From Escherichia coli (GTDB taxonomy: Bacteria; Pseudomonadota; Gammaproteobacteria; Enterobacterales; Enterobacteriaceae): DNA of 64,000 nt. A program made the translations under genes and the position numbers. The notes under the pieces are model-generated. The model did not search any database, was not told the DNA's origin, and saw only the letters and a list, made by a program, of their open reading frames with translations. Location of the stretch: assembly GCF_024502345.1 (NCBI RefSeq), contig NZ_JALDNN010000001.1. One strand, written 5' to 3'. Positions 13,913 through 24,772 of the stretch are shown here, piece after piece. Numbering within the stretch: the first letter of the stretch is position 1; every line of letters begins with the position of its first letter.

Positions 13913-15130
13913 ATGCCCGAACCCGTAGCCGAACCCGCGCTAAACGGATTGCGCCTGAATTTGCGCATTGTCTCTATAGTCATGTTTAACTTCGCCAGCT
14001 ACCTCACCATCGGGTTGCCGCTCGCTGTATTACCGGGCTATGTCCATGATGTGATGGGCTTTAGCGCCTTCTGGGCAGGATTGGTTATCAGCCTGCAATA
14101 TTTCGCCACCTTGCTGAGCCGCCCTCATGCCGGACGTTACGCCGATTTGCTGGGACCCAAAAAGATTGTCGTCTTCGGTTTATGCGGCTGCTTTTTGAGC
14201 GGTCTGGGATATCTGACGGCAGGATTAACCGCCAGTCTGCCCGTCATCAGCCTGTTATTACTTTGCCTGGGACGCGTGATCCTTGGGATTGGGCAAAGTT
14301 TTGCCGGAACGGGATCGACCCTGTGGGGTGTTGGCGTGGTTGGCTCGCTGCATATCGGGCGGGTGATTTCGTGGAACGGTATTGTCACTTACGGGGCGAT
14401 GGCGATGGGTGCGCCGTTAGGCGTCGTGTTTTATCACTGGGGCGGCTTGCAGGCGTTAGCGTTAATCATTATGGGCGTGGCGCTGGTGGCCATTTTGTTG
14501 GCGCTCCCGCGTCCGACGGTAAAAGCCAGTAAAGGCAAACCGCTGCCGTTTCGCGCGGTGCTTGGGCGCGTCTGGCTGTACGGTATGGCGCTGGCACTGG
14601 CTTCCGCCGGATTTGGCGTCATCGCCACCTTTATCACGCTGTTTTATGACGCTAAAGGTTGGGACGGTGCGGCTTTCGCGCTGACGCTGTTTAGCTGTGC
14701 GTTTGTCGGTACGCGTTTGTTATTCCCTAACGGCATTAACCGTATCGGCGGCTTAAACGTAGCGATGATTTGCTTTAGCGTTGAGATAATCGGCCTGCTA
14801 CTGGTTGGCGTGGCGACTATGCCGTGGATGGCGAAAATCGGCGTCTTACTGGCGGGGGCCGGGTTTTCGCTGGTGTTCCCGGCATTGGGTGTAGTGGCGG
14901 TAAAAGCGGTTCCGCAGCAAAATCAGGGGGCGGCGCTGGCAACTTACACCGTATTTATGGATTTATCGCTTGGCGTGACTGGACCACTGGCTGGGCTGGT
15001 GATGAGCTGGGCGGGCGTACCGGTGATTTATCTGGCGGCGGCGGGACTGGTCGCAATCGCGTTATTACTGACGTGGCGATTAAAAAAACGGCCTCCGGAA
15101 CACGTCCCTGAGGCCGTCTCATCATCTTAA
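13913..15130 (+). CDS. yhhS: MFS transporter YhhS
   Basis: Track ORF starts at 13871; internal ATG at 13913 (MPEPVAEP...) gives the 405-aa K-12 length; polytopic membrane protein. Confidence 0.88.
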   Translation: MPEPVAEPALNGLRLNLRIVSIVMFNFASYLTIGLPLAVLPGYVHDVMGFSAFWAGLVISLQYFATLLSRPHAGRYADLLGPKKIVVFGLCGCFLSGLGYLTAGLTASLPVISLLLLCLGRVILGIGQSFAGTGSTLWGVGVVGSLHIGRVISWNGIVTYGAMAMGAPLGVVFYHWGGLQALALIIMGVALVAILLALPRPTVKASKGKPLPFRAVLGRVWLYGMALALASAGFGVIATFITLFYDAKGWDGAAFALTLFSCAFVGTRLLFPNGINRIGGLNVAMICFSVEIIGLLLVGVATMPWMAKIGVLLAGAGFSLVFPALGVVAVKAVPQQNQGAALATYTVFMDLSLGVTGPLAGLVMSWAGVPVIYLAAAGLVAIALLLTWRLKKRPPEHVPEAVSSS

Positions 15131-15133
15131 AAC

Positions 15134-15691
15134 TTACTGAATAACCAGCGTATTAATGATGTTTTCTGCAGTGGTCTGCGCTTTTTGCTGATCGTCAGCG
15201 GGCAGAGTAATTTGCATGGTCAGCAGTTGATTACCCACGTTACCCAGAATAACGGAAGAGTACGCCGTCTGGCCTTTCGCGGAGATAATACTGTCTAACT
15301 GCTGCATTTTGTGACCTTTCAGCTCAATGGCTTTATTGGTTACCACTTGCAGCTGCGGATCGCGGCTACGTTGCTGATCTTCAAGACGCTTCGCCAACAC
15401 CGCCAGATCTTCTTTCGGATCATCGCCCATGATGACGATGACTGCTTTCTGCCCGGTGGCGTCGGACCAGACATGCATGTTATTGGCCTGCGTTCCCAGC
15501 TTACCGCTCTGGTCGGTCATATCCGCTGGCAGCGAGAAACTTAACTTGCCATCAAGCAGGTTGACGGGATTCCCGGTAGCGTTACTTTCCGCGACCGAAC
15601 CCTGCGCCGTAGCGTTAGTGTCTTTATCATCACAGGCCGCAAGCCCCATAACCAGCAGGCCAATTCCGACATATTTAACCAGATTGCGCAT
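15134..15691 (-). CDS. dcrB: Periplasmic lipoprotein DcrB
   Basis: Track ORF 15134..15745; start chosen at [20 protein letters not shown] (lipobox LAAC) giving 185 aa. Confidence 0.88.
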
Positions 15692-15763
15692 TGACTTCTT
15701 CCTTTCGATAAACGGCCATAACGGCTCATTCATCCATCTTATCACAACTCTGATAACGAACCT

Positions 15764-16429
15764 TTAACTCGCCTGCAAAGCGTTGATTTCGGATTTATCT
15801 GCCAGTCTTTTCAACAGCATATTGAGTAATACGCCATACATTGGCAGGAAGAAAACGATACTGATTAACACTTTGAAACAGTAATCGACCAGCGCGATTT
15901 CCATCCAGTGTTCAGCCATAAAGGCATCCGGGCTACGCCAGAAGGCAATGAAGAAAAAGGCCAGCGTGTCGCTGACGTTACCGAACAGTGTGGACGCTGT
16001 CGGTGCCAGCCACCAGCGGCGACTCTGACGCAGGCGGTTAAAAACGTGCACGTCGAGGATCTGTCCCAGCGCGTAGGCCATGAAACTGGCGGTGGCGATA
16101 CGGGCGACAAACAGGTTGAAGTGGGCGAGTGCGCCGAATCCCTGCCATGAACCCATATAGAATAGCGACGAGATGACGTAGGAGATCAGCAATGCCGGGA
16201 TCATCACCGCAAAGATGATACGACGGGCCAGCGGTGCGCCAAAAATACGTACGGTCAGGTCGGTAGCGAGAAAGATAAACGGAAAGCTAAACGCGCCCCA
16301 GGTGGTATGGAAACCAAAAATGGAGACGGGAAGCTGAACCAGATAGTTACTGGAGGTGATCACCAGAAGATGAAATAACGATAACCAGAACAACGCCTTA
16401 TAGCGTTGCGTTTGCGAGAAAACGTTCAT
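15764..16429 (-). CDS. yhhQ: Queuosine-precursor transporter YhhQ
   Basis: 221 aa polytopic membrane protein; matches K-12 YhhQ. Confidence 0.9.
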   Translation of the reverse strand: MNVFSQTQRYKALFWLSLFHLLVITSSNYLVQLPVSIFGFHTTWGAFSFPFIFLATDLTVRIFGAPLARRIIFAVMIPALLISYVISSLFYMGSWQGFGALAHFNLFVARIATASFMAYALGQILDVHVFNRLRQSRRWWLAPTASTLFGNVSDTLAFFFIAFWRSPDAFMAEHWMEIALVDYCFKVLISIVFFLPMYGVLLNMLLKRLADKSEINALQAS

Positions 16430-16649
16430 ATTGTACCTTTTTGATTAACCATTGGGGTGAGGGAACCCAATACGTACGACACGTCTGTTACCTTAACATA
16501 ATAACGTGCTTACCCTTTTTTCGAGCCGCCGCATGATACTGCTTTACGTTGACAATGCAATGGTTAATTTTCACGCAATCGTTAACCTGGTTTGCTTACG
16601 GACTCACAGGGCGTAAACTAGCGCCGTTTTTTTATGTGATGAGAAGAAA

Positions 16650-16895
16650 ATGACCGATCTCTTTTCCAGCCCTGACCACACACTCGACGCACTTGGCCTG
16701 CGCTGCCCGGAACCAGTCATGATGGTGCGCAAAACAGTGCGCAATATGCAGCCAGGTGAAACGTTGCTGATTATTGCTGACGATCCGGCGACGACCCGCG
16801 ATATTCCTGGGTTTTGTACCTTTATGGAACACGAACTGGTTGCTAAAGAGACGGATGGACTGCCTTATCGTTATTTGATTCGTAAAGGCGGTTGA
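16650..16895 (+). CDS. tusA: Sulfur carrier protein TusA
   Basis: 81 aa; CPxP motif (LRCPEPVM); matches K-12 TusA. Confidence 0.95.
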
Positions 16896-16896
16896 T

Positions 16897-16990
16897 GGGG
16901 AAAGATTGGCTTCGATGCCGCCTTTTCCCCTCACCCTAACCCTCTCCCCAGAGGAGCGAGGGGACCGATCGCGCTCAATGTTGCGATCGG
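16897..16990. repeat. Structured intergenic region between convergent tusA and zntA: nested inverted repeats, probably a bidirectional terminator or small repeat element
   Basis: GGGGAAAG...CTTTTCCCC; CCCTCTCCCC...GAGGGG; perfect 9-bp stem ACCGATCGC-N9-GCGATCGGT at 16964-16990. Confidence 0.4.
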
Positions 16991-16996
16991 TTTGCC

Positions 16997-19195
16997 TTAT
17001 CTCCTGCGCAACAATCTTAACGCATTCGCTGTCACCAGCACCGTCGCACCCGTATCTGCCAGCACCGCCAGCCATAGTCCGGTCATTCCTAACAGCGTGG
17101 TGACGAGGAAGATCCCTTTCAGCCCCAGCGCAATAGTGATGTTCTGGCGGATATTGGCGTGAGTGGCGCGTGCCAGTTCGATCATTTGCACCAGACCGCG
17201 CAGGTGGTTATGGGTTAATGCTGCGTCGGCGGTTTCCAGCGCCACGTCTGTGCCGCTGCCCATTGCAATCCCGATGGCGGCAGCTTTCATCGCTGGCGCG
17301 TCGTTAATACCGTCACCGACCATCGCCAGCGGCGCATGTTGATTCAGCTCGGTCACCGCTTTGACTTTATCTTCCGGCAACAGGCCCGCTTTAAACTCCA
17401 GCCCCAGCTCCCCGGCAATTGCCGCCGCTGCGCGTGGATTATCGCCGGTGAGGATCACCCCTTTGACGCCCAGCGCGTTCAGTTCACTGATGGCAGTTGC
17501 AGCATCGGCGCGCAGGGTATCCTGTAACGCAATGACACCAAGCACGTCATCGTTACGTACTACCAGCACTACCGTTTGCCCGGCGCTTTCCAGTTCGTTA
17601 ATTAAACCAGCAAATGCATCAGCGGGATGTTTCCCGGCAGCGCAAATCAATACGCGCTCACCGTTAACCTGCGCTTCAATGCCAGACCCGACCAGCGCCC
17701 GCTGTGATTCGGCGGCGGGAATGGCGAGTGCAGCAACCTGTGCTTCGCGCACGATGGCCTGCGCCAGTGGATGCGTCGCGCCTTGCTCGACCGCCGCCGC
17801 CAGTGTCAGCAGTTCAGATTCACTAATACCCGTTGCCGGATGAATCGCGGTAACGCGCGGTTTACCGACGGTCAGCGTACCGGTTTTATCAAACGCCACC
17901 TGTGTAACACGACCTAGCTGCTCCAGCGCCGCACCGCCTTTAATTAACGCCCCACGACGTGCCGCTGCTGCCAGCCCGGAGGTAATCGCCGCGGGCGTGG
18001 AGATAACTAACGCACACGGGCAGCCAATCAGCAGCAGCGTCAGCCCTTTATAAATCCACTCTTGCCAGCTGGCGGCAAATAGCAGCGGCGGCACCAGCGT
18101 TACCAGCAGGGCGACGGCCATAATTGCTGGCGTATAAATACGGCTGAAACGGTCGATAAACCGCTCAATGGGGGCGCGGCGCTCTTCGGCTTCTTCGATC
18201 AGTTTCAGAATCCGGTCAATGGCGCTGGCACCCGGTTCTGACAGCACTTCCAGCGTTACCAGACGGTCTACGCTGGTGGCTCCTGCAGGAACTTTATCGC
18301 CCGTCGCGCGCTCCACCGGAATGGATTCTCCGGTCAGGGCGCTTTCATCAAAACTGGCAAACGGTGAGAGCAGTTTACCGTCGGCAGGCAAACGCCCACC
18401 TGCGGCGACTTCAATCACATCGCCAGGCCGCAGGCTGTTAATCGCCACCTCTTCCCGCTCACCGTTACGCAGGCGCGTGGCGGTTTCTGGTTTCAGCGCC
18501 ATTAACGCGCTAACGCCCTGACGCGCGCGGCTGGCGGCCCAGCCTTCCAGTCGTTCACCAATCAAAAACAGCAGCAACACCATCGCAGCTTCAGCCGTTG
18601 CGCCAATAAACAGTGCACCAATAGCGGCTACGCTCATTAAGGTTTCAATGGCGAAGTAGCTGCCGGATTTGATCAGCCGTAATGCCTGACGAGCAATCGG
18701 GTACAGCCCAACCAGCGTGGTCGCGATAAACGCCAGTTGCCCAAACGGATGATTAAATTGCTCCAGACCCCAGCTGATTGCCATCATCACGATTAGCGTA
18801 ATCAGCGGCAGATTCTCTTTCAGGCGCGATGCTTGTGGCTCGTCGGCGGCCTGCTCATCGCGCAGGGAATAGCCCGCTTTTTGCACCGCAGATTCAACCT
18901 GGGCACGGATGTCATTGTCGGCATCGACCACCAGTTTTTCGGTGGCGAACAGTACCTGCACCTGATTCACACCTGCAAGCTGGCGCACGGCATTTTCTAC
19001 CTTGCGCGCACAGGCGGCGCAGTCCATGCCGCTGACTTTCCAGCTATAGCGGGTGCCGGAGACGTTTTCAGAGAGCGTTGGCGAGCTGGAACATGCGCCG
19101 TCGCAGCAACAGTCGTTGGCGTTCTGTACCGTGGTTAGCGGTTTGAACGCAGCAAATTGAGGGGCTTTCTTGCCGTGATTGTCAGGAGTCGACAT
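16997..19195 (-). CDS. zntA: Zn/Cd/Pb-translocating P-type ATPase ZntA
   Basis: 732 aa; N-terminal CCCDGAC and GMDCAAC metal-binding motifs, CPC, DKTGT phosphorylation motif. Confidence 0.96.
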   Translation of the reverse strand: MSTPDNHGKKAPQFAAFKPLTTVQNANDCCCDGACSSSPTLSENVSGTRYSWKVSGMDCAACARKVENAVRQLAGVNQVQVLFATEKLVVDADNDIRAQVESAVQKAGYSLRDEQAADEPQASRLKENLPLITLIVMMAISWGLEQFNHPFGQLAFIATTLVGLYPIARQALRLIKSGSYFAIETLMSVAAIGALFIGATAEAAMVLLLFLIGERLEGWAASRARQGVSALMALKPETATRLRNGEREEVAINSLRPGDVIEVAAGGRLPADGKLLSPFASFDESALTGESIPVERATGDKVPAGATSVDRLVTLEVLSEPGASAIDRILKLIEEAEERRAPIERFIDRFSRIYTPAIMAVALLVTLVPPLLFAASWQEWIYKGLTLLLIGCPCALVISTPAAITSGLAAAARRGALIKGGAALEQLGRVTQVAFDKTGTLTVGKPRVTAIHPATGISESELLTLAAAVEQGATHPLAQAIVREAQVAALAIPAAESQRALVGSGIEAQVNGERVLICAAGKHPADAFAGLINELESAGQTVVLVVRNDDVLGVIALQDTLRADAATAISELNALGVKGVILTGDNPRAAAAIAGELGLEFKAGLLPEDKVKAVTELNQHAPLAMVGDGINDAPAMKAAAIGIAMGSGTDVALETADAALTHNHLRGLVQMIELARATHANIRQNITIALGLKGIFLVTTLLGMTGLWLAVLADTGATVLVTANALRLLRRR

Positions 19196-19237
19196 GGCAT
19201 CCTCCGGTTAAGTTTTTTCTCATTAACCGAAGGATAC

Positions 19238-19259
19238 ACTCTGGAGTCGACTCCAGAGT
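19238..19259 (-). promoter_or_regulatory. ZntR (MerR-type) operator in the zntA promoter
   Basis: Perfect 22-bp palindrome ACTCTGGAGTCGACTCCAGAGT 43 bp upstream of the zntA start, between -35-like and -10-like elements. Confidence 0.8.
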
Positions 19260-19268
19260 CAAGTTTTA

Positions 19269-19895
19269 TCAGAGATACAGCGAGCGGACGATGAGGAAAT
19301 GACCGGCAAAGTAGCAGGCCGCAGCAATCGCGTTATCTGCCCGGAAGCGGCGGCGATAGTGGCTACCCAGCCAGACAAAGTTACTGATAAACAGCAATGA
19401 AGCGCCAACAAACGCAGAGAGTGCCGGAGCGGTCGGACGGAAGAACCACAGTTCACCTGCCAGCCACACCATCACCAGCGTCATGCCGATAAACGTGCAG
19501 ATAGGCCAACGATACTCTTCCAGCCGCGTCCAGATAATCGCCAGTAACAGCGCGCCCAGAACCAGCAACACCAGTGGCAGAGGCCAGAAGAAAGAGAGCG
19601 TCATCTGACTGGCGAAATAGATGGTGTACAGCAGGTGCGAGAGGAAAAACGCGCCGATGGCGTACATCAGACGTTGACGTGGCAACAGGGTTAGCGCATC
19701 GCCCAGCAGTGAGGCGCACAGCCCTGCCAGCACCAGATAGCTAATGGCGTCGAACATCGGCGCTTGCCAGGCCAGTAACAGCAGGAGAAGAAGGGTTAAC
19801 GGTTTAAACACCCAGCGTTGCCAGGTTGGCCCACGATACGATGCATCCACAGATAGCCATGCGGAAAGACAGACAGCGATAAACGACCAAAGCAT
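19269..19895 (-). CDS. yhhN: Inner-membrane protein YhhN
   Basis: 208 aa hydrophobic protein; matches K-12 YhhN. Confidence 0.88.
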
Positions 19896-20035
19896 CTTAG
19901 TTCCTTGAATTCGTTATTTTTTCGTAAGCGGAATGCCTACGGTCTTGCTTCCAGTTTAGTGGCGAGGGTGGACGGATGACAACACCATAACTGGCAGGGT
20001 ATGCTTATTTCCGCATTTTCCGATGAGGGATAAAG

Positions 20036-20395
20036 ATGAGCAAACCACCTCTTTTCTTTATTGTTATCATTGGCTTAATTGTCGTCGCCGCATCGTTTCG
20101 TTTTATGCAACAGCGACGGGAAAAAGCTGATAATGATATGGCTCCGCTCCAGCAAAAGCTGGTGGTGGTGAGCAACAAGCGGGAAAAACCGATTAACGAT
20201 CGCCGTTCGCGCCAGCAGGAAGTGACTCCGGCAGGCACCAGTATGCGCTATGAGGCAAGCTTCAAACCGCAAAGCGGAGGAATGGAGCAGACGTTTCGCC
20301 TCGACGCCCAGCAGTACCACGCCCTGACAGTGGGCGATAAAGGTACGCTGAGCTATAAAGGAACGCGCTTTGTTAGCTTTGTTGGCGAACAATAA
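20036..20395 (+). CDS. yhhM: DUF2500-family protein YhhM
   Basis: 119 aa with N-terminal TM helix; matches K-12 YhhM. Confidence 0.88.
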   Translation: MSKPPLFFIVIIGLIVVAASFRFMQQRREKADNDMAPLQQKLVVVSNKREKPINDRRSRQQEVTPAGTSMRYEASFKPQSGGMEQTFRLDAQQYHALTVGDKGTLSYKGTRFVSFVGEQ

Positions 20396-20397
20396 GG

Positions 20398-20667
20398 TTA
20401 TTTTTTAACTTTAAATTTCTTCTGCCAGACCAGCAGTTCAAACACGCCGAAAAGGAAAATCCGCACCTTTTCGGCGGTGGTCATCTGCGGGCCATCTTTC
20501 GGTAAAGTGGATTTCAATAGCGCCAGCTGCATACCATGCATCAGCACGGTAAAAATCAGCGCCACGTTAACGAAAATATTCAGCGGGCGCGGGAAGGGAT
20601 GCACCAGATTGAGGATTAAAAATCCCCAAACGCAGAGCATTAACAAACGACCAATATTAATCAGCAT
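20398..20667 (-). CDS. yhhL: Small inner-membrane protein YhhL
   Basis: Track ORF 20398..20790; internal ATG at 20667 (MLINIGRLLM...) gives the 89-aa K-12 protein; overlaps the rsmD stop. Confidence 0.8.
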   Translation of the reverse strand: MLINIGRLLMLCVWGFLILNLVHPFPRPLNIFVNVALIFTVLMHGMQLALLKSTLPKDGPQMTTAEKVRIFLFGVFELLVWQKKFKVKK

Positions 20668-21253
20668 CACTTTCTCCTTGTGCTTCGCGTTGATACAGCC
20701 GATAAGCCACCTGACCCGCCACTTTTTCCCGATGTAATGACCAGTTTGCCGGAACAGTGGGCAGACCGTTTTCGACTTCGCTTTCGACATAAATCAGGGC
20801 TTCGTCAGCCAGCCAGCCGTTATCTTCCAGTAAATTTATCGTCTCTTCTAACAAGCCACGGCGGAACGGTGGATCGACAAACACGATATTATGCGGTGTG
20901 CCTTTTTGCGCCAGGAATGACATTGCGTTGCTGTTCACCACGCGTGCATTGCCTGCTTTTAGTGTCGCCAGATTCTTAATTAACTGCTGAGAAACCGCGC
21001 GATCCATCTCAATCAACGTTGCCCCCGCAGCATAGCGCGACAACGCTTCCAGCCCCAGCGCGCCGCTTCCGGCGAAGCAATCCAGACATTGGGCGTCAAC
21101 AATGACCGGAGCCAGCCAGTTAAACAACGTTTCGCGTACGCGGTCGGTGGTGGGGCGCAGACCTGGGCTATCAGGAACCGGGAGTTTACGGCCTCGCCAC
21201 TGCCCGCCAATAATGCGGATTTGGCCGCTGCCGGAATGATTCGGTTTTTTCAT
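20657..21253 (-). CDS. rsmD: 16S rRNA m2G966 methyltransferase RsmD
   Basis: 198 aa; SAM-binding motif (LDCFAGSGALGLEALSR) and DPPF motif. Confidence 0.93.
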   Translation of the reverse strand: MKKPNHSGSGQIRIIGGQWRGRKLPVPDSPGLRPTTDRVRETLFNWLAPVIVDAQCLDCFAGSGALGLEALSRYAAGATLIEMDRAVSQQLIKNLATLKAGNARVVNSNAMSFLAQKGTPHNIVFVDPPFRRGLLEETINLLEDNGWLADEALIYVESEVENGLPTVPANWSLHREKVAGQVAYRLYQREAQGESDAD

Positions 21254-21402
21254 GATAAATTGCTCAATCCGCCAGATAACACATACTTGCAGGCGGTGAT
21301 GTGAATTAAGTTAAGTGATAGACTATTTCATCATTTTTTTAGCTGCTATGTACATAGCGTTAACGCTGTGCCATGAAGCAACAGCGAGGAGTGTAGTCGC
21401 AA

Positions 21403-22899
21403 ATGGCGAAAGAAAAAAAACGTGGCTTTTTTTCCTGGCTGGGCTTTGGTCAAAAAGAGCAGACCCCGGAAAAAGAGACAGAAGTTCAGAATGAACAACC
21501 GGTTGTAGAAGAAATCGTTCAGGCGCAAGAGCCTGTGAAGGCTTCGGAACAAGCCGTTGAAGAGCAGCCGCAGGCGCATACTGAAGCCGAGGCGGAAACT
21601 TTTGCTGCCGACGTTGTGGAAGTCACTGAACAGGTAGCTGAAAGTGAAAAAGCGCAGCCTGAAGCGGAAGTCGTTGCACAGCCGGAACCGGTCGTAGAAG
21701 AAACGCCGGAGCCAGTGGCTATCGAACGTGAAGAACTGCCGTTGCCGGAAGACGTCAACGCCGAAGAGGTTTCGCCAGAAGAGTGGCAGGCTGAAGCGGA
21801 AACCGTAGAGATTGTCGAAGCGGCGGAAGAAGAAGCGGCTAAAGAAGAAATCACCGACGAAGAGCTGGAAACACAGGCGCTGGCTGCCGAAGCGGCAGAA
21901 GAGGCGGTGATGGTGGTTCCTCCGGCAGAAGAAGAGCAGCCGGTGGAAGAAATCGCTCAGGAGCAGGAAAAACCGACCAAAGAAGGTTTTTTCGCGCGCC
22001 TGAAACGCAGCCTGTTAAAAACCAAAGAAAATCTCGGTTCCGGATTTATCAGCCTGTTCCGCGGTAAAAAAATCGACGATGATCTGTTTGAAGAGCTGGA
22101 AGAGCAGCTGTTGATCGCCGATGTGGGCGTGGAAACCACACGTAAAATAATCACCAATCTGACGGAAGGCGCATCCCGCAAGCAGCTTCGTGATGCCGAG
22201 GCGCTCTATGGCCTGCTGAAAGAAGAGATGGGCGAGATTCTGGCGAAAGTCGATGAGCCGCTGAATGTTGAAGGCAAAGCGCCGTTTGTGATCCTGATGG
22301 TGGGCGTCAACGGTGTGGGTAAAACCACGACGATTGGTAAGCTGGCACGTCAGTTTGAGCAGCAGGGTAAATCGGTGATGCTGGCGGCGGGCGATACTTT
22401 CCGTGCAGCAGCGGTTGAACAGCTTCAGGTCTGGGGTCAGCGCAACAATATTCCGGTGATTGCCCAGCATACCGGTGCGGATTCCGCCTCTGTTATCTTC
22501 GACGCCATTCAGGCAGCTAAAGCGCGTAATATCGACGTCCTGATTGCCGATACCGCCGGACGTCTGCAGAACAAATCGCATCTGATGGAAGAGTTGAAGA
22601 AAATCGTCCGCGTGATGAAGAAACTCGACGTTGAAGCGCCGCATGAAGTTATGCTGACTATTGATGCCAGCACCGGGCAGAACGCGGTAAGCCAGGCCAA
22701 ACTGTTCCACGAAGCTGTTGGTTTAACCGGCATCACGCTAACGAAACTGGACGGCACGGCGAAAGGCGGGGTAATTTTCTCGGTGGCTGACCAGTTTGGT
22801 ATCCCTATCCGCTACATTGGTGTCGGCGAACGTATTGAGGATTTGCGTCCGTTTAAGGCGGACGACTTTATAGAGGCACTTTTTGCCCGAGAGGATTAA
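21403..22899 (+). CDS. ftsY: Signal-recognition-particle receptor FtsY
   Basis: 498 aa; acidic Glu/Ala-rich N-terminal A domain and SRP-GTPase NG domain (GVNGVGKTTT, DTAGR). Confidence 0.95.
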   Translation: MAKEKKRGFFSWLGFGQKEQTPEKETEVQNEQPVVEEIVQAQEPVKASEQAVEEQPQAHTEAEAETFAADVVEVTEQVAESEKAQPEAEVVAQPEPVVEETPEPVAIEREELPLPEDVNAEEVSPEEWQAEAETVEIVEAAEEEAAKEEITDEELETQALAAEAAEEAVMVVPPAEEEQPVEEIAQEQEKPTKEGFFARLKRSLLKTKENLGSGFISLFRGKKIDDDLFEELEEQLLIADVGVETTRKIITNLTEGASRKQLRDAEALYGLLKEEMGEILAKVDEPLNVEGKAPFVILMVGVNGVGKTTTIGKLARQFEQQGKSVMLAAGDTFRAAAVEQLQVWGQRNNIPVIAQHTGADSASVIFDAIQAAKARNIDVLIADTAGRLQNKSHLMEELKKIVRVMKKLDVEAPHEVMLTIDASTGQNAVSQAKLFHEAVGLTGITLTKLDGTAKGGVIFSVADQFGIPIRYIGVGERIEDLRPFKADDFIEALFARED

Positions 22900-22901
22900 C
22901 A

Positions 22902-23570
22902 ATGATTCGCTTTGAACATGTCAGCAAGGCTTATCTCGGTGGGAGACAGGCGCTGCAGGGCGTTACGTTCCATATGCAGCCGGGTGAGATGGCGTTTCTG
23001 ACCGGTCATTCCGGCGCAGGGAAAAGTACCCTCCTGAAGCTGATCTGTGGGATTGAGCGGCCCAGCGCCGGGAAAATCTGGTTTAGCGGCCATGACATCA
23101 CGCGTCTGAAAAACCGTGAAGTTCCGTTTCTGCGCCGCCAGATTGGCATGATTTTCCAGGATCACCATCTACTGATGGACCGTACTGTCTACGATAACGT
23201 GGCGATCCCGCTGATTATCGCTGGTGCCAGCGGTGACGATATTCGTCGCCGGGTGTCGGCGGCACTGGATAAAGTCGGGCTACTGGACAAAGCGAAGAAC
23301 TTCCCTATTCAGCTTTCCGGCGGTGAACAACAGCGTGTTGGCATTGCCCGCGCGGTGGTGAATAAGCCCGCGGTACTGCTGGCGGACGAACCGACCGGTA
23401 ACCTGGACGACGCGTTGTCGGAAGGGATTCTACGTCTGTTTGAAGAGTTTAACCGCGTTGGGGTAACCGTATTGATGGCAACGCACGACATCAACCTGAT
23501 TTCACGGCGTTCCTATCGCATGCTCACCCTGAGCGATGGTCACTTGCATGGAGGCGTGGGCCATGAATAA
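22902..23570 (+). CDS. ftsE: Cell-division ABC ATPase FtsE
   Basis: 222 aa; Walker [18 protein letters not shown] signature. Confidence 0.95.
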
Positions 23571-24621
23571 GCGCGATGCAATCAATCATATTCGGCAGTT
23601 TGGTGGGCGTCTGGATCGCTTCCGTAAATCGGTCGGCGGCTCAGGCGACGGCGGTCGTAACGCACCGAAACGCGCGAAATCCTCGCCAAAACCGGTAAAT
23701 CGCAAAACCAACGTTTTCAACGAACAGGTGCGCTATGCCTTCCACGGCGCATTGCAGGATCTGAAAAGCAAACCGTTCGCCACGTTTTTAACGGTGATGG
23801 TTATCGCCATCTCCCTGACGCTGCCCAGCGTCTGTTATATGGTGTACAAAAACGTTAATCAGGCGGCGACGCAGTATTATCCGTCACCGCAAATCACTGT
23901 TTACTTGCAAAAAACGCTGGACGATGACGCCGCTGCGGGCGTGGTGGCACAGTTGCAGGCCGAGCAAGGCGTGGAGAAAGTGAACTATCTTTCTCGTGAA
24001 GACGCACTGGGCGAGTTCCGTAACTGGTCTGGTTTTGGTGGTGCGCTGGATATGCTGGAAGAAAACCCGCTTCCGGCAGTGGCGGTGGTGATCCCGAAAC
24101 TCGATTTTCAGGGGACGGAATCACTCAATACGCTGCGTGATCGTATCACGCAGATTAACGGCATTGACGAAGTGCGGATGGATGACAGCTGGTTTGCCCG
24201 TCTGGCGGCGTTGACCGGGCTGGTCGGGCGCGTTTCGGCGATGATCGGCGTGTTGATGGTGGCGGCAGTGTTCCTCGTCATCGGCAACAGCGTACGTCTG
24301 AGCATCTTTGCTCGCCGTGACTCCATCAACGTGCAGAAACTGATTGGTGCGACGGATGGTTTCATCCTTCGCCCGTTCCTGTATGGTGGCGCACTGCTGG
24401 GATTTTCTGGCGCATTGTTGTCATTAATTTTGTCAGAAATTCTGGTGCTGCGATTGTCATCGGCGGTTGCGGAAGTGGCACAGGTTTTCGGAACGAAGTT
24501 TGATATCAATGGTTTATCGTTCGATGAATGCCTGCTATTGCTGCTGGTATGCTCGATGATTGGCTGGGTGGCAGCGTGGCTTGCCACGGTACAACATTTA
24601 CGCCACTTTACGCCTGAATAA
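23563..24621 (+). CDS. ftsX: Cell-division ABC permease-like protein FtsX
   Basis: Track ORF starts at 23536; ATG at 23563 (MNKRDAINH...) overlapping the ftsE stop gives 352 aa. Confidence 0.92.
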
Positions 24622-24636
24622 TAAAAGCGTGTTATA

Positions 24637-24673
24637 CTCTTTCCCTGCAATGGGTTCCGTAGCAGGGAAAGAG
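24637..24673 (+). other. Perfect 11-bp stem hairpin downstream of ftsX (possible terminator or RNA processing structure)
   Basis: CTCTTTCCCTG-N15-CAGGGAAAGAG; no strong T-tract follows. Confidence 0.4.
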
Positions 24674-24745
24674 ATCCCGTTGTCTCTTCCCGGTATTTCA
24701 TCTCTATGTCACATTTTGTGCGTAATTTATTCACAAGCTTGCATT

Positions 24746-24772
24746 GAACTTGTGGATAAAATCACGGTCTGA
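24746..24772 (+). promoter_or_regulatory. rpoH sigma-E-dependent promoter (P3) overlapping a DnaA-box-like 9-mer
   Basis: GAACTT -35 and TCTGA -10 with 16-bp spacer; spacer contains TGTGGATAA, the reverse complement of the DnaA box TTATCCACA. Confidence 0.6.

Noticed and set aside
12732-15745. N-terminally extended ORFs in the track for yhhT, yhhS and dcrB (and likewise yhhJ, yhhL, ftsX, livJ, livK, livF, ugpC, ggt, yhhY, gntK, asd, glgC)
   Set aside because: The longest ORF is not the gene in these cases. Internal starts reproduce the known protein lengths, usually with a Shine-Dalgarno or an overlap with the upstream stop, and the extensions run into promoter or upstream-gene sequence.
21403-22000. 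Repetitive Glu/Ala/Val-rich coding sequence at the 5' end of ftsY, which could look like a tandem repeat
   Set aside because: This is the known acidic A domain of FtsY; the reading frame is continuous into the GTPase domain.
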